Positions 61,182-64,000 of a stretch of 64,000 nucleotides of DNA are shown piece by piece. Made by a program: the position numbers and the translations under genes. This DNA is from Candidatus Latescibacterota bacterium. GTDB lineage: Bacteria; Latescibacterota; UBA2968. How positions within the stretch are numbered: the stretch's first letter is position 1; every line of letters starts with the position of its first letter. The notes under the pieces are model-generated. The model ran no database searches. It was not told where the DNA came from and saw nothing but the letters and a program-made list of their open reading frames with translations. The stretch is from assembly GCA_965208125.1 (NCBI GenBank), contig OZ242320.1:3488001-3552000 (forward strand), read 5' to 3'.

Positions 61182-62405
61182 TTACCAACTATTTAATAAA
61201 ATGAGGTCTAATTCGGTTCCCGCAGGTACATGGGCATCTTCGGCATTGACCACGAATAAGCTGTTCGCGCGGGCCATTGAGAACAGATCGGCCGAGCCGT
61301 GGTGCCCGACCCAGGTGCTTTCCCAAACGCCGTTTTTGCCCTGAACACTGTGCGCGGGTACAAATTGCTTTCGCCCGGGCGTTTGTCGAAAGTCGGCGCT
61401 GAGCACTGTGCGGACGGTGGGGAGGTGCAGATCCGTCATGCCCTGCATTTTTCTGATCGCAGGGCGCATGAGCAATTCCAGGCCGACTACGGAAGATACC
61501 GGATTGCCGGGTAAGCCAAAGACCTGTCGCGCGCCTTTTACGCCAAATGTCAGGGGTTTGCCGGGTTTCATGCGGATGCGGTCAAATAGTACTTCGACAC
61601 CCAGATCTCGCATGCCGTCTTGCACCAGATCGTATTCGCCGGCGGAGACACCACCCGATAGGGCGACGATATCACAGGTCTCCAGGCCTTCGCCGATGGT
61701 TTGTATCAACGCATGGATATCGTCTTCTACAATGCCGAGATAACGCGCCTGCGCCCCCGAGCGCAAGACTTGAGCTACCATCGAGTATCCATTGCTGTTT
61801 CGAATTTGCCCGGGTTTGGGTTTGTGGTGTGGTTCCACCACTTCGCTGCCGGTTGCCACAATGCCGACTACTGGTTGGCGATAGATCTCGATATGGATAT
61901 GTCCCACAGCGGCGAGAATGCCAACTTCCGGGGGACGTATGACTGTGTTGGCCTGTAATACTACCTGATCGACGCGCACATCTTCGCCGAGGCGGGCGAT
62001 ATTTCTGCCTGTTTCCGTGGTGTCGAGTACCTGCACTTTTTGGGTGTCTGTATGTGGTAAAGTATCCTCGACCATAATTACCGTGTCTGCACCATCGGGT
62101 ACGGGTGCGCCCGTCATAATTTGAGAGGCTTGTCCACATTCTACGCGTTTTTGCGGCACGGTGCCCGCTGGGATCTCTTCGATTACATCGAGTATGACTG
62201 GTGTATCTCCAGATGCGGATGCGATATCTGCTCCCTGAAGGGCATAACCATCCATGAGGGCTTTGTCAAAGGGGGGCATGTCGATATCCGATCTCACGTC
62301 TTCGGATAAAACGCGCCCGAGCACATCGTCCAATCCAACGCGGGTTTTGTCAATTATCTGTGTGTTTTCCATTACTATGCGAATGGCATCATCCATTTCA
62401 ATCAT
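61182..62405 (-). CDS. moeA: Molybdopterin molybdotransferase
   Basis: PPFDKALMDGYA, SGGVSAG, KPGKP, GLPGNPVS. Confidence 0.95.
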   Translation of the reverse strand: MIEMDDAIRIVMENTQIIDKTRVGLDDVLGRVLSEDVRSDIDMPPFDKALMDGYALQGADIASASGDTPVILDVIEEIPAGTVPQKRVECGQASQIMTGAPVPDGADTVIMVEDTLPHTDTQKVQVLDTTETGRNIARLGEDVRVDQVVLQANTVIRPPEVGILAAVGHIHIEIYRQPVVGIVATGSEVVEPHHKPKPGQIRNSNGYSMVAQVLRSGAQARYLGIVEDDIHALIQTIGEGLETCDIVALSGGVSAGEYDLVQDGMRDLGVEVLFDRIRMKPGKPLTFGVKGARQVFGLPGNPVSSVVGLELLMRPAIRKMQGMTDLHLPTVRTVLSADFRQTPGRKQFVPAHSVQGKNGVWESTWVGHHGSADLFSMARANSLFVVNAEDAHVPAGTELDLILLNSW

Positions 62406-62534
62406 AACTTTACTCCTTGTTTTATTTTCATTAATCGCGCATAATATACGTAAACTTGCCCGAAGTATCTGAGATTTTTTTGTATTTTTTATGGGAAAAT
62501 CGCGATAGAGTGTATCTTAACTATGAGGAGCAAT

Positions 62535-63254
62535 ATGTCCAAGACAGCAATTATTACTGGCGCAGGCACCGGAATTGGTGCGGGTATTGCCATTGCTTAT
62601 GCCGAAGCGGGCTATAATCTCGCGCTTGTGGGGCGGCGCGTAGAACCGCTTGAAGAAACGGCACGGCAATGCGGCACCGAGAATATCGAGATTTGCGCTG
62701 CCGATGTTGCCGACCGCCAGGCGGTTCAATTGCTTGCCGAACAAACGGTCGCGGCATTTGGTCGCATCGATATTTTAGTGAACAACGCGGGTATCAATAC
62801 CAAAAAACGCCACTTGACCGATATTGCAGATGAAGACTGGGACCGCGTTATGGAGATCAATCTCACGGGTGCTTTTAATGCGTTTCGCGCTGTTTTGCCA
62901 CAAATGAAGGTGCAAAATGACGGTCTGGTTATCAATGTCTCATCTATGGCTGGCAAAAGAGCCGGTATGATTAGCGGTGTGGCTTATTGCGCGTCCAAAT
63001 TTGGCATGGCCGCGCTGAATCAATCGATCAATGTCGAGTTTCGAGAGGAGGGCATTCGCGCCTGCTGTATTTATCCCGGTGAAGTCGATACACCTATCTT
63101 AGACCATCGCCCCAATCCCGTCTCTGATGAAAAACGCGCCGCCGCTCTTTTGCCCGAAGACATTGCCGCTGCCGCACTTATGGTCGCCCAGATGCCAGAC
63201 CGCGTCATTGTCGAAGAAATTACCATTTTTCCACGCCGGGTGGTTGGGAGATAG
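62535..63254 (+). CDS. Short-chain dehydrogenase/reductase
   Basis: TGAGTGIG, NNAG, YCASK. Confidence 0.92.
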   Translation: MSKTAIITGAGTGIGAGIAIAYAEAGYNLALVGRRVEPLEETARQCGTENIEICAADVADRQAVQLLAEQTVAAFGRIDILVNNAGINTKKRHLTDIADEDWDRVMEINLTGAFNAFRAVLPQMKVQNDGLVINVSSMAGKRAGMISGVAYCASKFGMAALNQSINVEFREEGIRACCIYPGEVDTPILDHRPNPVSDEKRAAALLPEDIAAAALMVAQMPDRVIVEEITIFPRRVVGR

Positions 63255-63278
63255 AAGAATATCAGTAAGGAAAATAAA

Positions 63279-64000
63279 ATGAAAACCGAAATTATTATCA
63301 ATGTCGCTTCACACGAGTCGAGAATTGCCATTCTCGAAGATGGCCGGCTCGCGGAGATTCTCGTTGAACGCGCTGAAAAAGAACGCATGGTTGGCGATAT
63401 TTACCAGGGGGTTGTAACCGCTGTTCTGCCTGGCTTGCAGGCAGGTTTTGTCGATATTGGGCAGGAAAAAGCGGCTTTTTTGCACGTTTCTGATATGCCT
63501 GGCTCGCCCGGCTCAATGGTCGAACTCGACTCGGAAATCCTCGAAGACATTCGAGATCAGACCAATGGACAGGGTAAATTCAATATTGATGAGCTTTTGC
63601 ACAAAGGCCAGGAGATCATTGTGCAGATTACAAAAGAGTCCATCAACACAAAAGGACCGCGCATTTCCGCTGTGCCATCGCTCGCTGGTCGGTTTATGGT
63701 GCTTGTGCCCGATGGCGATAAAGTAGGTGTGTCGCGCAAAATTACCAATTGGCGCGAAAAGCGGCGCCTTCGGGATATCGCGGGCAGCCTAAAACCCGAG
63801 GGTTTTGGCCTTATCGTGCGTACCGAAGCTCGTGGCAAGGGCGAGCGGGAACTCAGGCGCGATCTAAAGCAGCTTTTGACAACGTGGAGGAGAATTCAGA
63901 AACAAGGGATGAAAAATAGCGGTCCCAAATTGCTGCACAAAGAAGTGGGCATGACATCTGGCCTTATCCGCGATTTGTTTACGGAGGATGTTCATCGTCT
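63279..64000 (+). CDS. rng: Ribonuclease E/G family protein (5' part; runs off the window)
   Basis: MKTEIIINV..SRIAILEDG..VGDIYQG.V..VLPGLQAGFVDIG..AFLH..KGPR; missing from the ORF track because there is no stop in the window. Confidence 0.88.
   Translation, partial: MKTEIIINVASHESRIAILEDGRLAEILVERAEKERMVGDIYQGVVTAVLPGLQAGFVDIGQEKAAFLHVSDMPGSPGSMVELDSEILEDIRDQTNGQGKFNIDELLHKGQEIIVQITKESINTKGPRISAVPSLAGRFMVLVPDGDKVGVSRKITNWREKRRLRDIAGSLKPEGFGLIVRTEARGKGERELRRDLKQLLTTWRRIQKQGMKNSGPKLLHKEVGMTSGLIRDLFTEDVHR

Overview
Gene-dense bacterial chromosomal window of roughly average GC, with about 52 CDSs, tmRNA, tRNA-Asp and tRNA-Lys. I saw no CRISPR array, integrase or transposase. Housekeeping genes (lepB, prs, queC, hemJ, argF, ftsEX, surA-like, mfd, ilvC, ahcY, metF, xth, tldD/pmbA, rsmB, sat, moaC/moeA, rng) are mixed with catabolic genes: three PhyH-family dioxygenases, two sulfatases, a Gfo/Idh/MocA oxidoreductase, a beta-propeller glycosidase, an HpcH aldolase and an esterase. 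This mix resembles marine or sponge-associated Latescibacterota/Gemmatimonadota/Poribacteria-like genomes (inference only). The most unusual items are: (1) an XRE regulator fused to an apparently inactive class III cyclase domain, leading ahcY-metF; (2) a 968-aa exported fusion of a degenerate 5'-nucleotidase domain, a tetraheme cytochrome c and thioredoxin-like domains; (3) an ftsE-ftsX-envC cluster with a degenerate FtsE ATPase and an EnvC lacking its M23 domain; (4) a 1939-bp tandem duplication of a two-domain PhyH lacking the canonical HxD iron motif; (5) an orphan higA with only a 3' stub of higB. All assignments come from motif recognition by eye; no searches were run.
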